Origin: a virus
IMG/VR virus record: IMGVR_UViG_3300046674_000414
Span: 1 to 58,354 of that record
Reading direction: 5' to 3' (one strand)
DNA length: 58,354 nt
Shown: one piece after another, positions 26,163-34,844 of the stretch
How positions within the stretch are numbered: the first letter of the stretch is position 1
Layout: each line of letters starts with the position of its first letter
Notes under the pieces: generated by a model
What the model saw: only the letters and a program-made list of their open reading frames with translations
Told to the model about the DNA's origin: nothing
Database searches by the model: none
Translations under genes and position numbers: made by a program

Positions 26163-26414
26163 TCAGCCTCGCAGCAGGTCGGCGACCGGCACTCGCAGCG
26201 CGTCGGCCAGTAGGAGCAGGTCTGCGTAGCGGGGGTCGGTGACCGCGCGCTCGTATCGCTGGATCGTCCGCCGCTCGACCCCCATGCGGTCGGCGAGCTG
26301 GTCCTGTGAGAGGTCTGCGGCTCGCCGGAGGTCGCCGATGTGGCGGCCGAGGGCGATCTGTCTGGCGCGGACCCAGTCGGGTCGGGGGTTACGGCGGACT
26401 GGCACCCGGTACAC
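26163..26414 (-). CDS. XRE-family HTH protein
   Basis: 83 aa. LSQDQLADRMGVERRTIQRYERA. GTG start without an obvious RBS. Confidence 0.7.
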   Translation of the reverse strand: MYRVPVRRNPRPDWVRARQIALGRHIGDLRRAADLSQDQLADRMGVERRTIQRYERAVTDPRYADLLLLADALRVPVADLLRG

Positions 26415-26655
26415 GCTCGAACTGAGGTGATCTTGTGTCAGTACCTAAACTGTCGCTTCCGCCAGCGGCGCCGACCGTGCGGGGCTGGCATATGCCGTAG
26501 GTGTCGATGTAGCGTCCACATATCGAACGTATGTTCACTCGAACGGGTGAATCGTGTCACCGGCCTACATCCGTTCAGTGAAGCGGAGGGTCGAACTCCA
26601 TAGACGTGCCGGGGCCCGGAGATATGGTGCCCCCCTCTCGATGGCGCCCCGGCAC

Positions 26656-26692
26656 AGCAACCCCCGCACTCCAGTCGAGCGCGGGGGTTGCT
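26656..26692. terminator. Stem-loop in the attP left arm
   Basis: 12-bp stem AGCAACCCCCGC / GCGGGGGTTGCT with a 13-nt loop. Confidence 0.4.
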
Positions 26693-26721
26693 CGCTTCCT
26701 GCGTGACCTGCGCAAACGCCA

Positions 26722-26749
26722 TGATCGTTTGGTCGATATTTGGTCGATC
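26722..26749 (+). repeat. attP arm repeat, copy 1 (putative integrase arm-type sites)
   Basis: TGATCGTTTGGTCGATATTTGGTCGATC. 27/28 identical to 26977-27004. Contains TTTGGTCGAT twice. Confidence 0.7.
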
Positions 26750-26818
26750 GACCCTCGTGGCGAGACTGCGTTCAGCATGTAGTGAACGTGTAGGCAGAAT
26801 GGACGAACGGAGTACGAG

Positions 26819-26861
26819 AGAGGCCCCGGACCCTCCCTGAGCTGGGAGAACCGGGGCCTCT
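26819..26861 (-). terminator. Terminator supplied downstream of the tRNA-derived core
   Basis: 11-bp stem AGAGGCCCCGG / CCGGGGCCTCT, immediately 3' (minus strand) of the tRNA acceptor end. Confidence 0.55.
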
Positions 26862-26877
26862 GACCTGATCAACGCTG

Positions 26878-26924
26878 TGCCCTCGGCAGGATTCGAACCT
26901 GCGACACCGGCTTTAGGAGAGCAG
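26878..26924 (-). other. attP core: 3' portion of a tRNA-Arg(CCT) gene
   Basis: Minus strand reads CTCCTAA (anticodon loop, CCT) AGCCG GTGTC GCAGG-TTCGAAT-CCTGC CGAGGGC-A. There is no 5' half, and the 5' anticodon-stem strand is mismatched. Confidence 0.75.
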
Positions 26925-26976
26925 CGTTCACATCCGACATACGTCCTGATCGGACCCGGTGCGGTTGCGCTTCGAG

Positions 26977-27004
26977 TGATCGTTTGGTCGATATTTGGTA
27001 GATC
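26977..27004 (+). repeat. attP arm repeat, copy 2
   Basis: TGATCGTTTGGTCGATATTTGGTAGATC. Overlaps the integrase stop codon. Confidence 0.7.
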
Positions 27005-28298
27005 AACTCGCGCAGTGCTTCCGGAGGTTCACCCGGCCCCACATAGTGCTCATCCCCAGGTTACCCATGGCCCGCCAGAACGTCTCCTCCAGGCCGTCCA
27101 GCCGTTCGGCGCGCATCGAAGGTGTCGGCTTCTGGTAGTGCCGCTTGATGCCCGGCCGCTTATGCCCGGCCGCCTCGAACGCCAGAGGCTCCTTCACCCC
27201 GAGCTCCGACTGCATCGTGTCGTGCAGCGCACGCAACGCCCGCATGTCCAGACCCGGCAGGATCGGCTCCCACGCCGCCCGGTACGCCACCCCCTGCCGC
27301 TTCTCGCGCGCGTCGCGGCCGTCGGCCGCCGGCCGGAAAATGCGCGACCAGTTCCCACGCCGCCACGGCTGCCCCGACGGGGTGCAGAAAATCCGCGCAT
27401 GCGGCCAGTCGGCGAGGTGGTGCCGGATCAGTGTCGCAAGGAACGGCGGCACGTCCACGTCCCGGGTTGAGCCGTCGTTCTTCGTAGGCTCCAGGCGGAT
27501 GGTGTAGCCCTTCTTGCTGCCGTCCTCGTCGCGCTCCTGGTACTCGGCGAACTCCTCTTTGATCCGGATGATCGGGCACACGAACTCGCCCGCGCCCCAC
27601 GGCTGCCGCCGAATCAGCAGCGTGTTGTCCCGATGCAGCCCGAGGCCCTCGCCCCACCGGGGCCCGAGGAACGCCGTCGTCAGCACCCACATGCCGATGG
27701 CCGGCCCGAGCCGCTCCGCCAGGAGGACGGCATCCTCCGGACGTGGGCCGCCGTCCCGCTCGATCTTCGGCGGCTTCATCCACCCCGCGTCGCCCGCCGT
27801 CTCCTTCGTACGCCTGCGCCCGAAGAGCGGGTTCACGGTCACGTACCCGGCGTCCACGGCCGCGGTCATGATGGTCGACATCAAGCTCACCGCGTGCCCG
27901 CGGCTGACGTCCTCGCAGGGCATCGTCTGCTGCCAGGTGTCGACGTCGAACCACGAGATCTTCCGGAGGGGGACGGCGCCCCATCGGGGCAGGATGTCGT
28001 TCTCCAGCCTGTCCCACCGCCTGCTGCCCGTCGCGCCCCGCTTCTTGCGTGACGCCATGAAGGTGCGCGAGAAACTTCCGAACGTCGTGTTGACCTTGTC
28101 CGGGTCGATCCACGTCCCCTCCCGGATCGCCCGCTCCTGCGCCTCCCCCCACTCGATGGCCGCCGTCTTCGTAGGGAATCCGGACTCCGACAGCCACTCC
28201 AGGGCGTGCCCCTCCGGAGCCTTATACAGGACCCGCCAGGTGAACTGCTTCGTCTCTTTACCGTTGCGCATCTTGTAGCGCTTCGTCGCATGAGCCAT
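27003..28298 (-). CDS. int: Tyrosine integrase
   Basis: 431 aa from ATG 28298 (RBS GGAGGGGGGAAG; the 497-aa ORF extends further upstream). SAM-like N-domain and C-terminal catalytic region ...LHDTMQSELG...GHKRPGIKRHY. Next to attP. Confidence 0.9.
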   Translation of the reverse strand: MAHATKRYKMRNGKETKQFTWRVLYKAPEGHALEWLSESGFPTKTAAIEWGEAQERAIREGTWIDPDKVNTTFGSFSRTFMASRKKRGATGSRRWDRLENDILPRWGAVPLRKISWFDVDTWQQTMPCEDVSRGHAVSLMSTIMTAAVDAGYVTVNPLFGRRRTKETAGDAGWMKPPKIERDGGPRPEDAVLLAERLGPAIGMWVLTTAFLGPRWGEGLGLHRDNTLLIRRQPWGAGEFVCPIIRIKEEFAEYQERDEDGSKKGYTIRLEPTKNDGSTRDVDVPPFLATLIRHHLADWPHARIFCTPSGQPWRRGNWSRIFRPAADGRDAREKRQGVAYRAAWEPILPGLDMRALRALHDTMQSELGVKEPLAFEAAGHKRPGIKRHYQKPTPSMRAERLDGLEETFWRAMGNLGMSTMWGRVNLRKHCAS

Positions 28299-28332
28299 GA
28301 GGTCTTCCCCCCTCCGCGTTGCCTCGCCGGGG

Positions 28333-28743
28333 CTACGCCGACCGCCTGATGGAGTAGCTGGCCGGCGAGCGAGCCCACCACGGCGAGCGCTCGGACTGGT
28401 GTTGCGTGATGTAGTGGGCGCCGCGCTCGCTGATGAGGTCCGCGCGCACCGTGTAGGCGATGTACTCGGAGTGGTCGTCGACCGCGACGGCGACACCTCC
28501 GCCCATCACCTCTTGCCGCTCCATTGTGATGGGAATGCGTGGCCCAAGTGGTACGCCAGGCGGCCGGGGGTGCCAGCGTCGCGCCTGCTGCGTGAACAGC
28601 TCGACGAAGACGGGTACACCCTCATCACTGATGTCGTCGTAGTGGAAGTGGAAGCGGCATCCGCTTCCGTCTTCGTAGTCCTCGATCCAGGGCGTGAAGT
28701 ATTTCTCGCCCTGAGCGTGTCTCTTGACCTCGATCGTGAGCAT
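28333..28743 (-). CDS. Hypothetical protein between repressor and integrase
   Basis: 136 aa. Visibly less GC-rich stretch. No family recognised. Confidence 0.6.
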   Translation of the reverse strand: MLTIEVKRHAQGEKYFTPWIEDYEDGSGCRFHFHYDDISDEGVPVFVELFTQQARRWHPRPPGVPLGPRIPITMERQEVMGGGVAVAVDDHSEYIAYTVRADLISERGAHYITQHQSERSPWWARSPASYSIRRSA

Positions 28744-28844
28744 CGCTGCCTAGTCCGATCCGCCGAGTGGTGCCCCCCTCTCGGTGACGGTCTGCGTATG
28801 CAACCACACGTATGGCTGAAATGCACGTACCTCGGATGGGTCAG

Positions 28845-29354
28845 TCAGGAGTCTGCAACCTCGTCGGATTCTCCTGAGAGACCTTGGAGGTAACGGCGCG
28901 GGCCGCGGAATCTGGCGGCGATCCGCGCCACCTCTTCGGGGGTGGCGCCCTTGCGGCCCTGGAGGACGACGATCACATGGCCGTCCTCCTCGCCGGGCCC
29001 CAGGTTGATCACGGCCGTTTCAAGAGTCTCCGCCGTCCGCAGTTCGTACTCAACCGCCGGCGGGAGAGGTAGGGGTGTCGTGTCCTGCGACGCGGGTTCC
29101 GCGTTCTCTGCCCCACCCTCGGGCGATGGGGCGCCTGCGGCGACGCGGTCGGCTGCTCCGTCCGGCCAGCCGAGCAGCTTGGCGTACGCGCGGATAGTCG
29201 CGTTCACCTTGGTGAACTTTCCGGCCTCGATGTTCTGGATGGTCGAACGGCCGACGCCGAGCAGCTCACCTGCTTGCGGCTGAGTGAGTCGGGGTCGGCG
29301 GGCCTCGCGCGCTGCTTGGAGCAGCCCGCCCAGCCTCTGTGTGTGCTCGTCCAT
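28845..29354 (-). CDS. Immunity repressor (XRE-family HTH, CI-like)
   Basis: 169 aa from ATG 29354 (alternative 29384). LTQPQAGELLGVGRSTIQNIEAG. Divergent from a cro-like gene. Confidence 0.8.
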   Translation of the reverse strand: MDEHTQRLGGLLQAAREARRPRLTQPQAGELLGVGRSTIQNIEAGKFTKVNATIRAYAKLLGWPDGAADRVAAGAPSPEGGAENAEPASQDTTPLPLPPAVEYELRTAETLETAVINLGPGEEDGHVIVVLQGRKGATPEEVARIAARFRGPRRYLQGLSGESDEVADS

Positions 29355-29576
29355 GAGTCGACATCTTGGCACAGCGGGTTGCATGCCGACAGCTCAGATC
29401 AGGCGCTTTGACCTGGGCATTAATTGGCACTTTGCGCACCCAGGTTGCATCTCGTCCCACCTGCTCCATGTGTCCGCCCCGCATCGCGCTTACTTCTTGA
29501 GCCTTAAATGTAGGCATCCTGCTTGCTTATGCCCTCAGGGTGTGCGCAGAATGTGTGTGTGAGGCCCAACGGAACC
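29355..29576. promoter_or_regulatory. Divergent repressor/cro control region with repeated TTGGCAC and GGTTGCAT motifs
   Basis: TTGGCAC at 29366 and 29424. GGTTGCAT at 29377 and 29443. Relatively AT-rich intergenic DNA. Confidence 0.65.
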
Positions 29577-29774
29577 ATGATCAGAGGCATTCGCCTAGGC
29601 AGGAAGTTGAGCCTTCGTGAGCTTGAGGCTCGAACCGGCCTGAATCGTGGATACCTGTCACGCCTGGAACGTGAGCAGGTCCACGACGTCGGCTCTGAGC
29701 AGGTCCGCCGGGTCGCCAAGGCCCTCCGAGTGCCGGAGGAGCTCCTGATCGCAACAGAGGAGACGACGCCGTGA
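29577..29774 (+). CDS. Cro-like XRE HTH protein
   Basis: 65 aa. LSLRELEARTGLNRGYLSRLERE. Divergent from the repressor. Confidence 0.75.
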   Translation: MIRGIRLGRKLSLRELEARTGLNRGYLSRLEREQVHDVGSEQVRRVAKALRVPEELLIATEETTP

Positions 29775-30064
29775 CCGTCAAGGCCACGAGGATGCGCAGG
29801 GCCCCCGCAAAGGCCCCGAACATGCCCAACTCCCTTTCCCCGGGCGCGAGTTCGCTAGAGGCCGAATTTCGACGGTGGACGCCGGAGGAGGTCATCGAGA
29901 GGCAGCTGCTCCCGTACCGCAGTGCGCGGATGCTCCGTCAGAAGTGCTACCGCCGCGAACTGTTCTGCCACAGCGACGGCGGCCGTATCACCTTCACCGC
30001 CGATGACCTGCGCCGCAACAACGAGATCGGCGCGCAGGTCCCGTTCGCGCCCCCGGCCGCCTGA
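29771..30064 (+). CDS. Excisionase-family HTH protein (candidate Xis)
   Basis: 97 aa. WTPEEV...RMLRQKCYRRELFCHSDGGRITFTADDLRR resembles HTH_17/excisionase. GTGA overlap with cro. Confidence 0.5.
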   Translation: MTVKATRMRRAPAKAPNMPNSLSPGASSLEAEFRRWTPEEVIERQLLPYRSARMLRQKCYRRELFCHSDGGRITFTADDLRRNNEIGAQVPFAPPAA

Positions 30065-30153
30065 CCCCACTCACGCCGAAGGGCCGCCCTCCATGCCCGG
30101 CTGACGGCCCCGCGACTCGGCGACTCAACCCCACTGTGAAAGGAGGAGCCTCC

Positions 30154-31002
30154 GTGGCTCCATCATCCCTTGAACCGCGCGAGGTCGTGAAGCTCGACCT
30201 CTCCGCCGGTTCGATCGACACCGTCATGGTCGACGGTGAACCCCACGTCGTGTTCCGTCCGGCTGTCGAGGCGATCGGGCTGGACTACTCGTCGCAGCTT
30301 CGCAAGCTCCGCGACCGTTCGTGGGCCAACCGTAGGGATATCCCCACGGTTGCCGAGGATGGCAAGAACCGCCAGATGGTCGCGGTGGACGTGCGCACTT
30401 TCCTCATGTGGCTCGCCACGGTGAACGAGAACAAGGTCGCCGACGGCGTCCGTCAGACCTTGATCGCCTATCAGCAGGAGACGACGATCGCGGTCAACGC
30501 CTACTGGACGCAGGGCGGCGCGATCAACCCCGCAGCGTCGGTGGAGCAGGTGCACGAACTGCGGACCCAGCTCGACGGCGTGGAGCGTGCGCAGGTCGCC
30601 CGCGAGCGTCTGTCGGCGATGGGCGTGGCGAAGCAGTTTGGTCTCGTGAACTCGTCGTACGTGGAGGCGATGGCGCGTACGGAGCTGGCGCGGATGAACG
30701 GTGAGGAGCCGGACATCGACCCGGCGGACATCACGATCACCTGCGACGAGTTCCTTGCGCAGAAGAACATCCACGCTGCCGACCTGGCGTCGGCGCGCAC
30801 CCGGTTGGGGAAGACGGTGGCCGCCCTGTATCGGGCGCGGTACGGCCGGGACCCGCAGAAGGTGAAGCGGCCGATCCACGGGGTGCATCGGGACGTGGCG
30901 GTGTACACGCATCGGGACGTCGACTTGTTCGACACAGCGTGGGCGGAGGTCGGCCGGCACTACGACGTGCAGGGCGCGATCGAGCTGGGCGGTGCGGCGT
31001 GA
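30154..31002 (+). CDS. Antirepressor (P22 Ant N-terminal domain-like)
   Basis: 282 aa from GTG 30154, after AAGGAGGAG. VVFRPAVEAIGLDYSSQLRKLRDRSW. Confidence 0.7.
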   Translation: MAPSSLEPREVVKLDLSAGSIDTVMVDGEPHVVFRPAVEAIGLDYSSQLRKLRDRSWANRRDIPTVAEDGKNRQMVAVDVRTFLMWLATVNENKVADGVRQTLIAYQQETTIAVNAYWTQGGAINPAASVEQVHELRTQLDGVERAQVARERLSAMGVAKQFGLVNSSYVEAMARTELARMNGEEPDIDPADITITCDEFLAQKNIHAADLASARTRLGKTVAALYRARYGRDPQKVKRPIHGVHRDVAVYTHRDVDLFDTAWAEVGRHYDVQGAIELGGAA

Positions 31003-31370
31003 GCGAGTCGACGGCGTCGGTGTTCGGCGCGCAGGGTGCGGCTGTTGCGGCGTTGGCTGCGCTGGTCGGCAGGTTCGGTGATCTGCCGGGCGGTTACGTG
31101 ACGATCCACTCCCAGTTCTCGGCGTCGAGGCCGGTGAAGTTGGGGTTGGCGTTGCAGTCGCCGCAGGCGTTCGAGGCGTGGCGGGCCGCTCTGGGGGTTG
31201 CTCCCGAGTCGGTGGTTCTGTCGGCCTGGGAGGGCTCGGTGTGGTTGGCGGCCGAGGTGGTCTTCGAGGGCGTGACGGTGAAGCCGGACGGGTTCAACGT
31301 CCCGCTGGAGCCCGAGGTGGCGTCCGCGACGCAGGAGCCCGCCGGGTCCTCTGAGGAGGTGTCGGCGTGA
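30999..31370 (+). CDS. Hypothetical protein
   Basis: 123 aa. GTGA overlap. Confidence 0.6.
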   Translation: MSESTASVFGAQGAAVAALAALVGRFGDLPGGYVTIHSQFSASRPVKLGLALQSPQAFEAWRAALGVAPESVVLSAWEGSVWLAAEVVFEGVTVKPDGFNVPLEPEVASATQEPAGSSEEVSA

Positions 31371-32281
31371 GCGGCATCGTCGTGGAGATCACCCTGGGTC
31401 GGTTCGATCATCGCCGTCCGGTGGAGCGTCAGACGTATGTCGCGGCGACGGTCCCGGCGGCGTCGGCGTTCTGGCGGCTGCCTGCGGGGCTGTACGCGGA
31501 GATCGCGGCGCTTCCGTGGGATGAGGCCCTGGATGCGGTCTTGGCCTGCCACCGGGAGACGGGTCTCGTTCCGGAGGTGCGGGATGAGCGGTTGTGGGAG
31601 GACCGGGAGTCGGTCCGGGTGTGGCTGGCTGACGGGGAGCACCGGGCGGCGATGCGGTCGGCGTGGTTGACGCAGCATGTGGAGCGGGACCCGCTGACCA
31701 GGTCGCTGCACGAGCGCGTGATCGCCCAGGATGCGGAGATCGAGCGGCTGCGCGGCGAGCTTCAGGCGCTCAGGTCTGAACGCTCCGGCAGGCATGACGG
31801 TCTGGCTGCTGCGGTGGGCTACTGGTCGGGCACTGAGTGGCCGGACCTGATCGCCGTCGTGACTGCCTACACGACGACGGCCATCGTCCTCGGGCAGGGG
31901 CGCGACCGGCTGATGGCTCGGGTCGCCGAGCTGGAGGCGGAGCGCCGGAAGTACGTCGGCGCGGAGCCGACGATCGCCGAGGGGACGACGTCACGCACCG
32001 CGTACCCGCCCGTGCTTCCGTGGGCCGCGCTGATGGACGACGAGGATCTCGCCGGGTTCCTGGACGAGGTGGCGGATGTTGTGGTCGCGAACGAGGGCGG
32101 CCCGGCCCGGCTCGCGGAGGTCGAGGCGGCGTGTGCCCGGTGGCGTCTGATCGCCGAGGCGCAGCACGCCCACAACACAGCACCCGGCCCGGACGTCCAG
32201 CCGGACGGGATCACGCGGCTGACGGCCCCGACGCAGGCCCTCCAGGCCGAGGGCGGCGCGGAGACGGGCGGTGCGTCGTGA
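31367..32281 (+). CDS. Hypothetical protein
   Basis: 304 aa. GTGA overlap. Coiled-coil segments. Confidence 0.7.
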   Translation: MSGIVVEITLGRFDHRRPVERQTYVAATVPAASAFWRLPAGLYAEIAALPWDEALDAVLACHRETGLVPEVRDERLWEDRESVRVWLADGEHRAAMRSAWLTQHVERDPLTRSLHERVIAQDAEIERLRGELQALRSERSGRHDGLAAAVGYWSGTEWPDLIAVVTAYTTTAIVLGQGRDRLMARVAELEAERRKYVGAEPTIAEGTTSRTAYPPVLPWAALMDDEDLAGFLDEVADVVVANEGGPARLAEVEAACARWRLIAEAQHAHNTAPGPDVQPDGITRLTAPTQALQAEGGAETGGAS

Positions 32282-32391
32282 CCGGCCTGGAGTGGCTGTT
32301 CTCCGGCGCCCTGGTCTGGTCGGTGTGGTTCGCGTACTGCGCGGTCGACGCCCCGACGCTGGCGATCCGGTGGAAGCGGGGCCGCCGATGA
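32278..32391 (+). CDS. Small membrane protein
   Basis: 37 aa (VTGLEWLFSGALVWSVWFAYCAV...). GTGA/ATGA overlaps. Confidence 0.45.
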   Translation: MTGLEWLFSGALVWSVWFAYCAVDAPTLAIRWKRGRR

Positions 32392-32576
32392 TCCCCCGCC
32401 CGCTGGGTTGCGACGGCGACCACTGCGACTACGAGGACGGCGGCGTGTGGGTGCACGTCGACTGCTCCCTGGCTGCCTCGCCGCGCGGGGCTCGCGAGAT
32501 CCGGCACCCGTCGATGGCCCGCACCCGCAGCCACCTGACCACCAACCCCCTGCCCAAGCCCCGGAGGACCCCGTGA
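32388..32576 (+). CDS. Hypothetical protein
   Basis: 62 aa. ATGA overlap. Confidence 0.5.
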   Translation: MIPRPLGCDGDHCDYEDGGVWVHVDCSLAASPRGAREIRHPSMARTRSHLTTNPLPKPRRTP

Positions 32577-33181
32577 CTGAGTACCCGGAGAGCGCGGCGG
32601 GGTTCGCCCGCGACACGGCCGACCACCAGATGGTCATCCTGCACGACGACGGCCTGTACCGGCACCTGCGGTTCACCAACCCGGCAGCCGACGGGCACAC
32701 CCCGTTCGAGCTGATCACGTGGCCGTACAACCTCGTCGTCAAGGCCGGGTGGACGTTCCACTTCGACATCGACGCCACGCCGGACATGCTCTGCCTGTTC
32801 CGGAAGACCGCATTCCCCGGCGAGATCAACCCCGGCTACTGGTCCGAGAAGGTCCGCGCCGGACGCGACGAGGTCAGTGGCTTCTCCGACGACCTCTTCG
32901 AGCAGCAGGTGAAGGCGCACGTCGTCGCCGCGATTCGCGAGGGCGATGCCCCACGCGGCATCGGGGCGGCGGTCACTCGCGACATCTTCGCGTGGGGTGA
33001 CATCAGCCACGAGGTGGGCGCCCGCAGGGAGTTGGAGGACTTCCGCTACGAGGGCTGGTCGTTCGGCGAGACGTGGGAGTGGGACTTCTCCGACTACACG
33101 CCGGGCTTCCTGCACTGCTGCCACGCGATCCGTCGCGGCGTCGAGATGTGGGACGCCGTCCGGAAGGCGGTGGCCGCGTGA
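32573..33181 (+). CDS. Hypothetical protein
   Basis: 202 aa. GTGA overlap. Confidence 0.65.
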   Translation: MTEYPESAAGFARDTADHQMVILHDDGLYRHLRFTNPAADGHTPFELITWPYNLVVKAGWTFHFDIDATPDMLCLFRKTAFPGEINPGYWSEKVRAGRDEVSGFSDDLFEQQVKAHVVAAIREGDAPRGIGAAVTRDIFAWGDISHEVGARRELEDFRYEGWSFGETWEWDFSDYTPGFLHCCHAIRRGVEMWDAVRKAVAA

Positions 33182-33453
33182 ACGCCGAGGAGTTCAACGC
33201 CCGCTACCCGGTCGGTACGCCGGTGATCGCCTACCCGTTCGTGCGTCCCGATGACCCGGTCGCGATCCGCTACCGCGAGGCCGTGGCGGCGGGCCTGCCC
33301 CGTAAGCCCGAGGACGACCCGTGCATCCGGCTGGTGACCCGCACCCGGAGCCGCGCGGAGGTGCTGGGCGGCCACACCGATGTCGTGTGGGTCGACGGGC
33401 ACGGCGCCTGCATCACCCTCACCCACATCGACGTTCGCGGGGGTGCAGAGTGA
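33178..33453 (+). CDS. Hypothetical protein
   Basis: 91 aa. GTGA overlap. Confidence 0.6.
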   Translation: MNAEEFNARYPVGTPVIAYPFVRPDDPVAIRYREAVAAGLPRKPEDDPCIRLVTRTRSRAEVLGGHTDVVWVDGHGACITLTHIDVRGGAE

Positions 33454-33833
33454 CCGCCCGCCAGTGGTTGTACGAGCGGCTGACGGGCGCGCACATCGCG
33501 CCGGATGAGGCCACCACGGGCCTCGACACCTACCGGGCCGAGGTGATCGCCAAGGCGGTCGGGCGCCTGCGGGCCATCCCCGTCGACTGCACCGCGCTCA
33601 CCGGCCCGGTCTGGTACGGCGACGGCTGGAACTCGGCGATCACCTGCTTGGAGGAGATCACCGACTACCAGCGGCCGGACGACGAGGCGTACCCCGGCGA
33701 ACTCCAGCGGCTCCGCGCACTCGTCCTCGGGCTGAGGGTTGCCGCGCTCCGCAAGGAGGATCTGGCGGAGGTGCGGCGGCTCCTCGCGGTGCACGCCCAG
33801 CACGAGACGGCAGCACAGGGGCGGACCCGATGA
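33450..33833 (+). CDS. Hypothetical protein
   Basis: 127 aa. GTGA overlap. Confidence 0.6.
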   Translation: MTARQWLYERLTGAHIAPDEATTGLDTYRAEVIAKAVGRLRAIPVDCTALTGPVWYGDGWNSAITCLEEITDYQRPDDEAYPGELQRLRALVLGLRVAALRKEDLAEVRRLLAVHAQHETAAQGRTR

Positions 33834-34069
33834 CCACCTCCAGCCGTGAGGCCCGCCTGACAGCCACCCTCGCCCTCATCGAGGCCAGCGGCGGCAAGTG
33901 GAGCGCGGGCCGTCTCCACTGCCACCGCAGGGCCCACGGCGGGCCCGTCCAACGCGGCACCGCCCGCCGCGACCTCGCCGCACTCCACCAGCGCGGACAC
34001 CTCCACAAGCGCGGGCCGCACGACGGCCGCTACTACACCCCCACGATCCGAGAGGACGGCCGCTCATGA
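33830..34069 (+). CDS. Hypothetical basic protein (possible winged-helix)
   Basis: 79 aa. ATGA overlap. Confidence 0.55.
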   Translation: MTTSSREARLTATLALIEASGGKWSAGRLHCHRRAHGGPVQRGTARRDLAALHQRGHLHKRGPHDGRYYTPTIREDGRS

Positions 34070-34362
34070 GCACCGTGTGCTCCCATGACGCCTCGCACCC
34101 GCTGGCCGGGCAGACCGTGACCGTGGTCGCCGACCTGGCCGGCGCCGGTTCCGGCCCTCACGCGTACCAGGTCGAGGACTGGGCGGACCGTGTCTACGGC
34201 CGCTCCTGGATGGGCATGAACGGAAACCCCTCCGCCCTGTACTACGCGATGCGGGCCGGTTTCTCGGACCGTCGCATCCCGACCGACGACGAGGTCGTCT
34301 ACGGCAAGGTCGGCAACCGCGCCTTCCTCGTCCACCACAGCGAGATCGCGGGTGAGGCGTGA
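34066..34362 (+). CDS. Hypothetical protein
   Basis: 98 aa. ATGA overlap. Confidence 0.6.
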   Translation: MSTVCSHDASHPLAGQTVTVVADLAGAGSGPHAYQVEDWADRVYGRSWMGMNGNPSALYYAMRAGFSDRRIPTDDEVVYGKVGNRAFLVHHSEIAGEA

Positions 34363-34844
34363 GCAGGCGTGCGATCCGCCCCCAGGTCGACCACCAGCAG
34401 GCTGCTGCCGCGCTCCGGGCCCGGCCCGGGGTGTGGCTGACGGTCGCCGAGTACCGCAACGCCGACACCGTCCGATCCATCAGGGACCGCATCCGCACCG
34501 GGCAGCACGACGTCGGCCGCTGGTACCAGCCCGCCGGCGCCTACGAGACCCGCACCGCCCTCACCGACGACGGCACCCTCCTGGAAGCCCGCTACCTGCC
34601 GGAGGCCCGCTACCACCCGGCCCGCCGCCGTACCCCGCCCGTCGCCACGATGCTCGCGCAGACCGACGCCGCCCGCGTCCTCGGGCAGATCGACCGCCGC
34701 GAGGTCGTCGCCGGGCCGGAGGGTGCCCGTCGGATCGCCGCCCGCCACCAGGCCGCCTACGGCGACGTGTGGAACGACGACGCCGACAACGACCAGGCGT
34801 GGGCCGACGCCATCGACAGCATCAGCGCGGGCGGTGGCGCGTGA
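34359..34844 (+). CDS. Hypothetical protein
   Basis: 161 aa. GTGA overlap. Confidence 0.6.
   Translation: MSRRAIRPQVDHQQAAAALRARPGVWLTVAEYRNADTVRSIRDRIRTGQHDVGRWYQPAGAYETRTALTDDGTLLEARYLPEARYHPARRRTPPVATMLAQTDAARVLGQIDRREVVAGPEGARRIAARHQAAYGDVWNDDADNDQAWADAIDSISAGGGA

Noticed and set aside
26577-26600. Second tRNA-like T-arm (minus strand TGGAG-TTCGACC-CTCCG plus a 7-nt acceptor-like tail)
   Set aside because: No matching 5' acceptor strand, D arm or anticodon arm can be drawn in the flanking sequence. It is probably a chance match or an ancient att remnant within the attP arm.
29366-29384. Sigma-54-like promoter TGGCAC-N6-TTGCAT (second copy with a longer spacer at 29425-29450)
   Set aside because: The spacing is one nucleotide longer than the -24/-12 consensus in the first copy and far longer in the second. 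Actinobacteria are not known to have RpoN. The motifs are better explained as repressor operator half-sites.
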